DNA of 64,000 nucleotides from Croceivirga sp. GTDB taxonomy: Bacteria > Bacteroidota > Bacteroidia > Flavobacteriales > Flavobacteriaceae. Position numbers and translations under genes: made by a program. Location of the stretch: NCBI GenBank assembly GCA_028284285.1, contig JANQSA010000022.1, positions 7,741 through 71,740 of the forward strand. Direction: 5' to 3'. This document shows, in pieces, positions 9,222 through 19,184 of this stretch. The notes under the pieces were generated by a model that was not told the DNA's origin, ran no database searches, and saw only the letters and a program-made list of their open reading frames with translations. The stretch's first letter is position 1, and every line of letters begins with the position of its first letter.

Positions 9222-10910
9222 ATGCAACTATCCGAACAGGAGGGTATTCGAAGAGAGAAGTTAACCCAACTCAGAGAAATGGGTATTGACCCCTATCCCG
9301 CGGCCTTATATCCCGTAAATGCTACCTCTGCTAGTATAAAAACCGATTTTGAGGAAGGAAAAGAAGTAGTCATTGCCGGCAGGTTAATGTCCCGCCGTAT
9401 CCAGGGAAAAGCCTCATTCGCGGAATTGCAAGATAGTGACGGTAGAATTCAAGTCTATTTTAACCGGGATGAAATTTGCCCCGGGGAAGATAAGACCCAC
9501 TACAATGAGGTCTATAAAAAACTATTGGATATCGGCGATATCATCGGTATTGAAGGCACATTGTTCACCACACAAGTAGGAGAAAAAACAGTGATGGTCA
9601 AAGGTTTTACCCTGTTAAGCAAAGCCCTGAGGCCTTTACCGCTGCCAAAAACCGATGCGGAAGGCAAAGTGTATGATGAGTTCAATGATCCGGAGCTCCG
9701 TTATCGGCAACGCTATGTGGATCTGGTGGTCAACCCAAAAGTAAAAGACACCTTTATCAAACGGACCAAAATTACCAACAGCATCCGGGATTTTTTTAAT
9801 GCACGGGGGTATTTGGAGGTAGAAACTCCCATTTTGCAGGCCATTCCGGGAGGTGCGGCGGCACGCCCCTTCATTACCCATCACAATGCATTAAATATTC
9901 CCCTCTATCTGCGCATTGCTAACGAGCTATATCTGAAACGTCTAATTGTCGGTGGATTTGACGGTGTCTATGAGTTCTCCAAAGATTTCCGGAATGAAGG
10001 TATGGACCGCACGCATAACCCGGAATTCACTGTCATGGAGTTGTATGTGGCCTACAAAGATTACGAGTGGATGATGGAAACCACTGAGCAGCTGTTGGAA
10101 AAAGTAGCTACAGAAGCCAACGGAAGCACCAAAATCCCGGTGGGGGATACGATTATCGATTTTAAAGCACCTTATCCCAGGGTACCTATTTTGGAGGCGA
10201 TTGCCACTCACACCGGAATTGATGTAGCCGGAATGGAGGAGGCACAGCTTCGGGAAGTAGCCCGGCAACTGGAGATTGAAGTAGATGACACCATGGGTGT
10301 AGGCAAACTGATCGATGAGATCTTTGGAGAAAAATGCGAACATCATTATGTACAACCAACGTTTATCATTGACTATCCCAAAGAAATGAGTCCGCTAACC
10401 AAAGCGCATAGAAGTAAACCCGGATTAACCGAGCGTTTTGAACTTATGGTAAACGGAAAAGAAATTGCCAACGCCTATTCCGAGTTGAACGATCCTATTG
10501 ACCAACGGGAACGTTTTGAAGCGCAGCTACAGCTATCTGAAAAAGGGGACGATGAGGCTATGTTTATTGACCAGGATTTCCTAAGAGCCCTGGAATATGG
10601 CATGCCCCCTACCTCCGGTATCGGAATTGGTATTGACCGCCTGGTGATGCTAATGACCGACAACGCTTCCATCCAGGAAGTGCTGTTTTTCCCCCAAATG
10701 CGACCTGAAAAAAAGCAGGTAGAATTGACTGAGGAGGAAAAGGTGATCCTCAACATTTTAAAACCGCATGGGAAAATGCCTTTATCCGACCTGAAAACAC
10801 AAGCCGGATTAAGTGGTAAAAAATGGGATAAAAGCACTAAGAATTTGGTAAAATTGGGAGTAATGGAAGTGGAGAAAAATGATGTTGGGCTATTCGCCAG
10901 GACCAAATGA
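9222..10910 (+). CDS. lysS: Lysine--tRNA ligase (class II) with C-terminal extension
   Basis: [32 protein letters not shown] and [12 protein letters not shown] motifs. First ATG at 9222; the ORF track begins at an upstream TTG. Confidence 0.95.
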   Translation: MQLSEQEGIRREKLTQLREMGIDPYPAALYPVNATSASIKTDFEEGKEVVIAGRLMSRRIQGKASFAELQDSDGRIQVYFNRDEICPGEDKTHYNEVYKKLLDIGDIIGIEGTLFTTQVGEKTVMVKGFTLLSKALRPLPLPKTDAEGKVYDEFNDPELRYRQRYVDLVVNPKVKDTFIKRTKITNSIRDFFNARGYLEVETPILQAIPGGAAARPFITHHNALNIPLYLRIANELYLKRLIVGGFDGVYEFSKDFRNEGMDRTHNPEFTVMELYVAYKDYEWMMETTEQLLEKVATEANGSTKIPVGDTIIDFKAPYPRVPILEAIATHTGIDVAGMEEAQLREVARQLEIEVDDTMGVGKLIDEIFGEKCEHHYVQPTFIIDYPKEMSPLTKAHRSKPGLTERFELMVNGKEIANAYSELNDPIDQRERFEAQLQLSEKGDDEAMFIDQDFLRALEYGMPPTSGIGIGIDRLVMLMTDNASIQEVLFFPQMRPEKKQVELTEEEKVILNILKPHGKMPLSDLKTQAGLSGKKWDKSTKNLVKLGVMEVEKNDVGLFARTK

Positions 10911-11014
10911 TGAAATACAAATTGTGCTAAGTATTCCCTTTGACTTGATCCATATCATTGTTGGAAATGTAGGTCGGAACTAGTTTTGCGAGGGCAATTT
11001 GGTATACCCTCCTC

Positions 11015-12184
11015 ATGAAAAAGACGGTATTTTTATTCCTCATAGTTCAACTATTCCTGGCAGGATGTACCTCCCAACACCAGGAGCCCTATCGCTATCA
11101 AATTCCGGAAAAATTAGAAGACGGTCTGGAAGTGGGTTCTCTGGAAAGTGCAAAAATTGATACGCTTCCGATCTTTAAAAGTATCAACCGGATCCGAAAA
11201 GGGCGTTTCGGGGAAGTACACTCCCTCTTACTATACAAAAACGGTGCTCTGGTAATGGAAGAATACTTTCCGGGATACCAATACCAATGGGATGCCCCGG
11301 GGCATCGGGGAAAATGGGTACAATGGGATAAAACTATGCCGCATTCCATTATGTCCGATACCAAAAGTATTACCTCGGCCTGCATCGGAATTGCTATCGC
11401 TCAGGGCTTTATCCAAAGTGAACAGCAGTCTATTTTTGACTATCTTCCGGAACACCGCCATCTTGCCAAAAATGGTAAGGAAAAGATCACCATTGCACAT
11501 TTGCTCACCATGACCTCAGGCCTGGAATGGGAAGAGTGGAGTACCCCTTACAGCAACCCGGAAAATCCTATTATCGGCATCTGGTTTTCACACAAGGATC
11601 CGGTCAGTTTTATTTTGGAAGGGCGTTTGGATCATACTCCAGGCACCCATTATTCCTATTATGGCGGACATCAGATCTTGTTGGGGGAGATCCTAAAAAA
11701 TGCTAGTGGAATGCGTATTGACAGTTTTTCTGAAAAATACCTGTTTGATCCTTTGGGCATTACCAATGCGAATTGGGGGGTTCGGTTTGATAATGGAGTT
11801 ATAGAAGCGGCCGGAGGTTTAAAGTTAAAACCTCGCGACATGCTTAAAATAGGGATAACTTTTTTGAATGAAGGGAACTGGAAGGGTGCTGGCATTGTTC
11901 CTGCAACATGGATAAGCCTTAGTACCACACCGTACAAAGGAAATACCAATATCCGGGTCCCCGGAACGGATTCCAAAAAATGCGGTTATACCTATTCCTG
12001 GTGGACGCAACAAATCCCAACCCAAACGGTAGAGGTCAATGCGTTTTGGGCAGGTGGCTGGGGAGGACAACGTATTTTTGTACTTCCGGAATTAAAAGCC
12101 GTTGTGGTCATGACAGGTGGAAATTACACTGGCAGGGACACGTCTTTAAAACTCCTTAAAAAACATATCCTTCCGGCGCTATAA
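11015..12184 (+). CDS. Serine hydrolase, beta-lactamase/PBP-like family
   Basis: Lipoprotein signal (LAGC). SxxK motif SDTKSITS. Length and layout typical of class C beta-lactamase-related proteins. Confidence 0.8.
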   Translation: MKKTVFLFLIVQLFLAGCTSQHQEPYRYQIPEKLEDGLEVGSLESAKIDTLPIFKSINRIRKGRFGEVHSLLLYKNGALVMEEYFPGYQYQWDAPGHRGKWVQWDKTMPHSIMSDTKSITSACIGIAIAQGFIQSEQQSIFDYLPEHRHLAKNGKEKITIAHLLTMTSGLEWEEWSTPYSNPENPIIGIWFSHKDPVSFILEGRLDHTPGTHYSYYGGHQILLGEILKNASGMRIDSFSEKYLFDPLGITNANWGVRFDNGVIEAAGGLKLKPRDMLKIGITFLNEGNWKGAGIVPATWISLSTTPYKGNTNIRVPGTDSKKCGYTYSWWTQQIPTQTVEVNAFWAGGWGGQRIFVLPELKAVVVMTGGNYTGRDTSLKLLKKHILPAL

Positions 12185-12540
12185 TGCGTTAACTTCAGAA
12201 AGTCCCCACCCGGCACTACCGAAAGGGCTTGTGATTTGGTTTTGCTTTCTGTAGCACTACATTTTCCTATCTTTAAATGCTGTAAAGCTACCATTCATGC
12301 GATCCCTTTTTGCCTTATTGCGCTCTTTACTCTTTGCAAAAACCCACTCCCAGGAAATCTCCCGGGAGCAATTTTTAGACCATTCTTTTCTTAGAGCTCT
12401 TAATATTTATTCCCATAAGGGAATCGTTGTCTGGACCGAAAACAAAAAAGGAGTCAGAAATATCTTTTATGACATAGCCTCAAACTACTATCCGGTTCAA
12501 TTCACCACCCAGGACATGGGTGGAAAATTAAAAGTGCATA

Positions 12541-13971
12541 ATGGAGCTGAGTAAAAAAGTAGGCCTTCTTCTTGGCCCGATCGTTTTTTTGATTTTTATC
12601 AATTTACCGGTGGTGTTGGTCTCAGAAAAAGGAGATGCTGTTATTGCCGTTGCCCTTTGGATGCTGTTCTGGTGGATTACGGAAGCCGTTTCCATTTCCG
12701 TCACTGCACTATTGCCGTTATTACTTTTCCCCTTATTAAAAGTACTGCCCATAGCCGAAGTAGGCGCAAATTATGGCAGTCCCATCGTCTTTTTATTCTT
12801 TGGCGGCTTTGTAATGGCTTTGGCTTTGGAAAAGGTAAATCTTCATAAACGTATAGCGTTGAATATTATTCGATGGACCGGTACTACACCCAACAAGGTA
12901 GTTCTCGGATTTATGATAGCTACCGCTGCTTTAAGCATGTGGATCAGTAATACCGCCAGTACTGTGGTCATGTTACCCATAGCGCTTTCCGTAATCCACC
13001 TGTTGATCAATGATGAAGACGGATTTACTAAAAAAGATCAGAATTTTGCACTTAGTATAATGTTGGGAATTGCCTTTTCAGCCAATGCCGGGGGGATTGC
13101 AACCGTTATTGGAACGCCTCCAAATTCTGTTTTGATAGGTTTATTGGAAAATGAATACAATATCCAGATCTCATTTTTAAAATGGATGACTCTTGGACTC
13201 CCCTTTTCCATACTCATGATCGGTATCATATACATGGTATTGGTAAAGTGGATGTTTCCTAATAGTGGCTTACAGTTTACCGCTTCAAAAGAAGTGATCC
13301 AAAAAGAACTGCACCAACTGGGGCCAACTTCGGGAAAGGAAAAAATGGTATTGATCATTTTTGGAATTACGATCTTTCTTTGGGTGTTTCGAACCCTTAT
13401 CAATTCCATTTTTCCAAAGTTGGGGCTTTCGGACACGATGATCAGCATTTTTGCGGCCATTACCCTTTTTGCCCTTCCCTATAATTTAAAAAAAGGGGAT
13501 TTTATCATTCACTGGAAGGATACTTCTAAGCTGGCCTGGGGTATTCTTATCCTTTTTGGCGGCGGTTTGGCCCTGGCTAAGGGAATGTCTGTAAGTGGTA
13601 TTGTGGACCTGGTAGCCAACGGTATTGCCCAAAGCAACATCAGTATTTTACTTACCGCGGCGCTGTTGATCCTTTTGATGCTTTTTATGACAGAGTTAAT
13701 GAGTAACGTGGCCCTGGTAGCGGTGTTGGCTCCGGTTGTAGCAGGAATCGCCATTGGGTTAGGGATTCCGATGCTTTATCTTTTAATTCCGGTAACTATT
13801 GCCAGTAGTTGTGCCTTTATGCTTCCTATGGCAACACCACCCAATGCCATTGTGTTTGCCAGCGGTTATGTTAAAGTACCACAAATGGCTAAAGCCGGTA
13901 TCTTTTTAAACCTTATTGCCGTGGCTTTGCTCATCCTGGTCTTTCAATTTGTGCTTCCTTTGCTTTTCTAA
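12541..13971 (+). CDS. DASS/SLC13-family anion:sodium symporter
   Basis: Polytopic membrane protein with duplicated SNTAS/SNVA hairpin motifs (WISNTASTVVMLPI, ELMSNVALVAVLAP). Confidence 0.85.
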   Translation: MELSKKVGLLLGPIVFLIFINLPVVLVSEKGDAVIAVALWMLFWWITEAVSISVTALLPLLLFPLLKVLPIAEVGANYGSPIVFLFFGGFVMALALEKVNLHKRIALNIIRWTGTTPNKVVLGFMIATAALSMWISNTASTVVMLPIALSVIHLLINDEDGFTKKDQNFALSIMLGIAFSANAGGIATVIGTPPNSVLIGLLENEYNIQISFLKWMTLGLPFSILMIGIIYMVLVKWMFPNSGLQFTASKEVIQKELHQLGPTSGKEKMVLIIFGITIFLWVFRTLINSIFPKLGLSDTMISIFAAITLFALPYNLKKGDFIIHWKDTSKLAWGILILFGGGLALAKGMSVSGIVDLVANGIAQSNISILLTAALLILLMLFMTELMSNVALVAVLAPVVAGIAIGLGIPMLYLLIPVTIASSCAFMLPMATPPNAIVFASGYVKVPQMAKAGIFLNLIAVALLILVFQFVLPLLF

Positions 13972-13976
13972 AAAAA

Positions 13977-13999
13977 AGCCCCGGCAATTTGCCGGGGCT
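13977..13999. terminator. Bidirectional intrinsic terminator between convergent genes
   Basis: Perfect 9-bp stem agccccggc / gccggggct, loop aattt. The A7 run on the plus side is a T-run for the minus-strand gene 14039-14338. Confidence 0.65.
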
Positions 14000-14038
14000 T
14001 TACTAAACTAACTAACTCAAATAATTAAGATAAAGAAA

Positions 14039-14338
14039 TTATTTTTGATAGGGATCAAAGTTTTCAGGAAGGTAGCCTGAGGTGTCAAAACCTAATTCCA
14101 CAGCTTCCTCTTCCACAAAGTTCACAGAGGTAACCGGAATTTCCTCGGCGTACGGATTAAACCCTTCAGGTAAATATTCTGAAGTATCAAATCCCAATGC
14201 TTCCTCCTTTTCCAGTTCAATGTAAGGCACAGACCCCAAATCCAACTCTTCTTTAGGAACTTCCACTGTTTTGGCACTTAATAAGGGCAAAAACAATGCT
14301 GCTATAAATGCTGTTGTTAAGTATTTTCTGTATTGCAT
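14039..14338 (-). CDS. Secreted acidic repeat protein, 2 copies of LGFDTxxYLPxxFxPY
   Basis: Signal peptide, then ...EEALGFDTSEYLPEGFNPY... and ...VELGFDTSGYLPENFDPY. Paralogue of 14680-15426. Confidence 0.6.
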   Translation of the reverse strand: MQYRKYLTTAFIAALFLPLLSAKTVEVPKEELDLGSVPYIELEKEEALGFDTSEYLPEGFNPYAEEIPVTSVNFVEEEAVELGFDTSGYLPENFDPYQK

Positions 14339-14611
14339 TACTGTCGTTTTTTAATTGTTTAGACAAAGATAAAACTGTTAAAATTCAGGATTAGTATACT
14401 TTTGATTTTCGTTAACAATGGCAGAAATCCCTGTCAGAAAAGTATTGTCAACAGAACGATTCCCCCGTTGAGAAGGTAATATCTCCGAGCCATGTTTTTT
14501 GCCAACTTTATAGCTTTTGAGCACAAAATTTAACAACTACACTTTATCGATTTTTGTGTTATTTTTTTGTTAAGTGCGGTTTTTTAGGAACGGATAAAGG
14601 CCAAAAACAAA

Positions 14612-14634
14612 AATCCCGGCTGTGCACCGGGATT
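14612..14634 (-). terminator. Intrinsic terminator downstream of 14680-15426
   Basis: Stem aatcccgg / ccgggatt with loop ctgtgca. The plus strand is preceded by caaaaacaaaa, which is a T-rich tail on the minus strand. Confidence 0.6.
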
Positions 14635-14679
14635 CCTGACTAACTAACTCAAAAATTTGATAAAATGAAAACATCCTAC

Positions 14680-15426
14680 CTAGTTTGACCGCGTATAGGG
14701 GTCAAAACCTTTTGGGAGATACATACCAGTATCAAAACCCAAATCTATTTCATCATTCTCTACATAGTTGATAGCACTTACCACCAACACATCGGAATAG
14801 GCATCAAAATTGACTGGTAAGTACGCTTTGGTATCCAGGCACAAGTCCAAATCCAGTTCCTCCATATCCATGTATTCCAAAGTATTCACATTAAAATACA
14901 TTTCATAAGGTGTAAAGTCGGTTGGCAGGTAATCGGCAGTATCAAAACCTAAATCTACCGCTGTTTCTTCCTCTATATAGTTGATCGAATTGATATCCAG
15001 GTCACTGCTATAGGCATCAAACCCCTCTGGGAGATAGTCCGAGGTTTCAAAACCCAGGTCAATTTCAGATTCATCTTCGATATATATAATGGAATTCAAA
15101 TCAAAAAAGCTTTCATAAGGGTCAAATCCCTCCGGAAGGTAATCGGTAGTGTCAAAACCTAAGTCTACCGTTGTTTCTTCCTCTATGAACTCAATTTCGT
15201 TCAAGTCCAACTCAGCAGGCTCTCTATCTGCAACGGAACTACCGTGTAAGGGAGCTTCTTCTACTACGTCAGCAACTATGGAAAGTGCCGTAAAATTGTT
15301 CTCAAAGCTACGGTTGGTTGTTTCAAGGGTTTGTACCTGGGGTACAATAACCGTACTTTTTTGTTCTTCTGCTACGGGAGTACTACTCATAAATAAACAC
15401 CCGTAAATAATTAATAACTTGTTCAT
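14680..15426 (-). CDS. Secreted acidic repeat protein, 5 copies of an approx 36-aa unit ending (L/I)DLGFDTxxYLPxGFxPY
   Basis: Signal peptide. Units are VDLGFDTTDYLPEGFDPY, IDLGFETSDYLPEGFDAY, VDLGFDTADYLPTDFTPY, LDLCLDTKAYLPVNFDAY and IDLGFDTGMYLPKGFDPY. Confidence 0.65.
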   Translation of the reverse strand: MNKLLIIYGCLFMSSTPVAEEQKSTVIVPQVQTLETTNRSFENNFTALSIVADVVEEAPLHGSSVADREPAELDLNEIEFIEEETTVDLGFDTTDYLPEGFDPYESFFDLNSIIYIEDESEIDLGFETSDYLPEGFDAYSSDLDINSINYIEEETAVDLGFDTADYLPTDFTPYEMYFNVNTLEYMDMEELDLDLCLDTKAYLPVNFDAYSDVLVVSAINYVENDEIDLGFDTGMYLPKGFDPYTRSN

Positions 15427-15693
15427 TTTTCGATTGATTTGATGATTGATGTTATTTGCTTATAAGACTGGGGAAATTCACAAATGTTACAGTTGCCCCG
15501 TTCTTTTAACAAAACTTCAATACTCGCTCACGTCAGGCATACCGGGGGATTTGAGCGGGACCCTCAGTAAAATTCAGGACTCCGAAAGGGTAAGATACTT
15601 CGGGGGAAAAAATTTCCTTATTACTATTTTAACACTTTCTCTAGGTTATTTTTTGGTTCTTTAGGCGATTATACCAAACTCAAATTGACTAAA

Positions 15694-18195
15694 ATGATTC
15701 GAAAATTCTTTCCCGGAGTACTTATAGCGCTACTCTGCCTGGGCACTTTTCATACTTCCGAAGCCCAACTTTTTAAGAAAAAGAAAAAAAAGACCGAAGC
15801 AAAAGCTAAGGAAAAGCCCAAAAAAGGTGCTATCAAACCTTATGATAAAGTAATTACAAAAGAGGCCAAAACCGATGAAGGCTTGTTTGCCGTACATCAA
15901 GTAGAGGACAACCATTATTATGAAATCCCGGATTCCTTGTTCAACCGGGAAATGTTAATGGTAAGCCGTATCTCAAAAACCGCTACAGGTATTGGCTTTG
16001 GTGGGGGAAAAATCAATACTCAGGTACTGCGGTGGGAAAAAAAGCCCAAAAAAGTACTCCTACGGGTAGTTTCCTATGGCAATTACGCAGCAGATTCTCT
16101 TCCTATTCATGAGGCTGTGGTGAACTCTAACTTTGAGCCGGTGCTTTTTGCATTTGACATCAAGGCCTTTAACAAAAAGGACTCTCTACATCCGGCAACG
16201 GTAATACAGGTAGATGATCTTTTCACCAAAGACATAAATGCCATTGGTATGCCGGAACGATTCCGCAAGCGGTACAAGGTGAGCCGTTTGGCTGGAGACC
16301 GCAGTTATATAGAATCCTTAAAAAGCTATCCCCTTAATGTTGAAGCACGTCATGTAAAAACCTATGCGGCAAAGGAGCCTCCCAGCAATCAGAGTATGGC
16401 CTCCATTTCCATAGAGATCAATAATTCCATGATTTTATTACCTAAAGAGCCTATGAAACGCCGTTATTTTGATGAGCGTGTAGGTTGGTTTGCCAGAGGC
16501 CAGGTGGATTATGGCCTGGGAGCGCATAAGAGTAAAACGCTGCGCTACCTGGACCGTTGGCGGCTTGAAGTGAAGGAGGATGATATTGAAAAGTTCAAGG
16601 CTGGGGAACTGATAGAGCCCAAGAAGCCTATTGTATACTATATAGATCGCGCCACTCCGGAAAAATGGCGTCCTTATATAAAACAAGGGATTGAAGACTG
16701 GCAGGTGGCGTTTGAAGCAGCGGGTTTCAAAAATGCCATTATTGCCAAAGATCCTCCAACGCCTGAAGAAGACCCGGAATGGTCCCCGGAAGATGTTCGG
16801 TATTCTGTGGTGCGCTATCTGGCCTCACCTATTCCCAATGCCAATGGCCCTCATGTGAGCGATCCCAGAAGTGGAGAGATCCTGGAGTCCGATATTAATT
16901 GGTACCACAATGTAATGACCCTGCTTCGCAATTGGTTCTTTGTACAGACCGCTGCCATTAACCCAGAGGCCCGTACTACAGAGTTTAAAAATGAGGTAAT
17001 GGGAAGATTAATTCGATTTGTATCTGCTCATGAAGTAGGTCATACCCTGGGACTCCCTCATAATATGGGTAGTAGTGCAGCCTATCCTGTGGATTCGCTC
17101 CGTTCTGCCTCATTCACACAAAAATATGGTACGGCACCGTCCATAATGGATTATGCCCGGTTCAATTATGTAGCACAACCCGGAGATGAGGGCGTGGCTT
17201 TAATGCCGGACATTGGAGTGTATGATAAACATTCGATTCGCTGGGGATATCGCCCCATTTTGAACACTACAGCCAAAGACGAAAAACCAATATTAAATCA
17301 ATGGATACTGGAATATGCGGATGATCCCATGTATCGTTTTGGCCATCAACAGGTAGGCGATGTACATGATCCCAGCTCACAGACCGAAGACCTGGGAGAT
17401 GATGCCATCAAAGCAAGTACCTATGGCATTGCCAATTTAAAACGAATTGTTCCCAATTTAACGGAATGGACCACCGAAGCAGGCAAGGACTATGCCGACC
17501 TGGGAACCCTGTACAGACAGGTAGTAGGGCAGTTCCGGAGGTATATGGGCCACGTTTCCAACAATATTGGTGGAGTATACGAATTTTACAAAACCGCCGA
17601 CCAAGAAGGAGCGGTATACATCCATGTTGATAAGGACCATCAGAAAAACTGTATGGTATTTGTACAGAAACAACTTTTTGAAACTCCCGAATGGCTTATT
17701 GACCCTGATATCTTTAACAAAGTAGAATATTCCGGTTCGGTGGAGCGGATTCGTGCATTACAGGTGGGTACTTTGAACAACATTTTACATTTGGGTAAAA
17801 TAGCACGGCTTATAGAAAACGAAACCATGAATGGGAATAGCGCTTACCCTTTATTAGAAATGATGCGTGATATGCGCAGGGGTCTTTGGTCCGAGACCCG
17901 AAGCGGAAGAAACATAGACACCTACAGAAGAAATTTGCAAAAGGCGCATATTGATCGACTGGAATATCTTATGACAGCAGAAAATCAGAAAAAGCTACCA
18001 GACTTTGGTGGGTACCGTAAATCCACGGCGGTAAACACCAGTCAGTCCGATATTCGCAGCGTGGCCCGTGCCGAATTAAAGAATCTAAAAAGGGATGTTA
18101 CCAACGGCCTGTCCCGGGTCTCAGATACCATGAGTAGATATCATTTGCAAGATGCCCTGGAGCGAATAGATCAAATCCTAAATCCAAACGGATAG
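15694..18195 (+). CDS. Secreted zinc-dependent metalloprotease (large Bacteroidota type)
   Basis: Signal peptide, poly-Lys linker, and HExxH zinc site SAHEVGHTLGLPHNMG. First ATG at 15694; the ORF track starts at a TTG at 15685. Confidence 0.85.
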   Translation: MIRKFFPGVLIALLCLGTFHTSEAQLFKKKKKKTEAKAKEKPKKGAIKPYDKVITKEAKTDEGLFAVHQVEDNHYYEIPDSLFNREMLMVSRISKTATGIGFGGGKINTQVLRWEKKPKKVLLRVVSYGNYAADSLPIHEAVVNSNFEPVLFAFDIKAFNKKDSLHPATVIQVDDLFTKDINAIGMPERFRKRYKVSRLAGDRSYIESLKSYPLNVEARHVKTYAAKEPPSNQSMASISIEINNSMILLPKEPMKRRYFDERVGWFARGQVDYGLGAHKSKTLRYLDRWRLEVKEDDIEKFKAGELIEPKKPIVYYIDRATPEKWRPYIKQGIEDWQVAFEAAGFKNAIIAKDPPTPEEDPEWSPEDVRYSVVRYLASPIPNANGPHVSDPRSGEILESDINWYHNVMTLLRNWFFVQTAAINPEARTTEFKNEVMGRLIRFVSAHEVGHTLGLPHNMGSSAAYPVDSLRSASFTQKYGTAPSIMDYARFNYVAQPGDEGVALMPDIGVYDKHSIRWGYRPILNTTAKDEKPILNQWILEYADDPMYRFGHQQVGDVHDPSSQTEDLGDDAIKASTYGIANLKRIVPNLTEWTTEAGKDYADLGTLYRQVVGQFRRYMGHVSNNIGGVYEFYKTADQEGAVYIHVDKDHQKNCMVFVQKQLFETPEWLIDPDIFNKVEYSGSVERIRALQVGTLNNILHLGKIARLIENETMNGNSAYPLLEMMRDMRRGLWSETRSGRNIDTYRRNLQKAHIDRLEYLMTAENQKKLPDFGGYRKSTAVNTSQSDIRSVARAELKNLKRDVTNGLSRVSDTMSRYHLQDALERIDQILNPNG

Positions 18196-18233
18196 TTCCC
18201 GTACGAAAATTCCGGGGCTATTCTTCAAATTAC

Positions 18234-18261
18234 AGGCAAACCAGTGGTTTGCCTTTTTTTG
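18234..18261 (+). terminator. Rho-independent terminator after the metalloprotease gene
   Basis: Stem aggcaaacc / ggtttgcct, loop agt, followed by T7. Confidence 0.7.
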
Positions 18262-18363
18262 GTCTCTATTTTTTTCAATTCACCACCACTTTTGGCACGT
18301 TCACAACATATTCTCAAAGTGTGTGTATCGTTTTCGTAAATTAGAATTCCCAAAATCTTACCT

Positions 18364-18540
18364 ATGAAAACCTACAAAATCAAAAGCCTAATTTACCTTA
18401 GTATTTTTGTCGCCTCAGCTGTGGTATACTACCATGTGGAGCAGAGCGAAACGCTTCAGAATACTTTATTAACTTCTTCCGTCGCTGATTTAGAAGTGCA
18501 ACAACCCAACGAACTGGAAGAAGAAGTTATAAAGGAATAA
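18364..18540 (+). CDS. Possible small membrane protein (58 aa), below ORF-track cutoff
   Basis: Hand translation gives MKTYKIKSLIYLSIFVASAVVYYHVEQSETLQNTLLTSSVADLEVQQPNELEEEVIKE, with one hydrophobic helix. No homology recognised. Confidence 0.3.
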   Translation: MKTYKIKSLIYLSIFVASAVVYYHVEQSETLQNTLLTSSVADLEVQQPNELEEEVIKE

Positions 18541-18640
18541 ACTTTCTTTCCTTTTGTTAAAAGCCTCATAAAAGCCTTCATGGTATTAAACCTTTGCTCC
18601 TGAAGAGGGTCAAAAAGGTGAAATCATAAAAATAAATATC

Positions 18641-19099
18641 ATGAAACATGTTAAGCCACTTTTGGCCGTGGCCCTATTAATCGGAGTAATGGCCTTTGCA
18701 CAACGGGACGGGCATCGCGGACCCCGGGGTAATCAATTCAATGACCTTTCCGTGGAACAGTTGGCCACGTTAAAAACCAAAAAAATGACTTTGGCCCTGG
18801 ATCTTACTGAAAAACAGCAGCAGCAAATCATGGAATTGAATTTGGAAAACGCAGCTTTTCGAAAGGGCAAAATGCAGGAACTTGAAAAAAGAAAGGAGTC
18901 CGGCGAATTAAAAAAGCCTACTACTGAGGAACGTTACGTTTTGGAAACCGAGCGGTTAGACAGGATGATTGCCCGGCAGGAAACCATGAAAAAAATATTG
19001 AATGAAGATCAATATGAACAGTGGAAAAAAATGCAACTGCACCGACATGCCCACGCTCATGGACACAAGAAAATGAAAAGACAAAGCAGAAGAGGGTAG
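18641..19099 (+). CDS. Periplasmic LTXXQ-motif (Spy/CpxP-like) protein with His-rich tail
   Basis: Signal peptide, LTEKQQQQI (an LTXXQ motif), predicted helical Lys/Glu-rich body, HRHAHAHGH tail. Confidence 0.5.
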   Translation: MKHVKPLLAVALLIGVMAFAQRDGHRGPRGNQFNDLSVEQLATLKTKKMTLALDLTEKQQQQIMELNLENAAFRKGKMQELEKRKESGELKKPTTEERYVLETERLDRMIARQETMKKILNEDQYEQWKKMQLHRHAHAHGHKKMKRQSRRG

Positions 19100-19184
19100 T
19101 GTTTTTTTGTTGATTGGAAAGCCCCTTGCTCCTAACTTCAGGATCCCAAGGGGCTTCTTCTTTTTTCCATAATTTGGTCAGCAC

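Noticed and set aside
12297-12554. 85-aa ORF upstream of and overlapping the DASS transporter start
   Set aside because: It has a signal-like N-terminus but no recognisable motif, and it overlaps the transporter ATG by 14 nt. It could be a gene fragment. Support is too weak to call.
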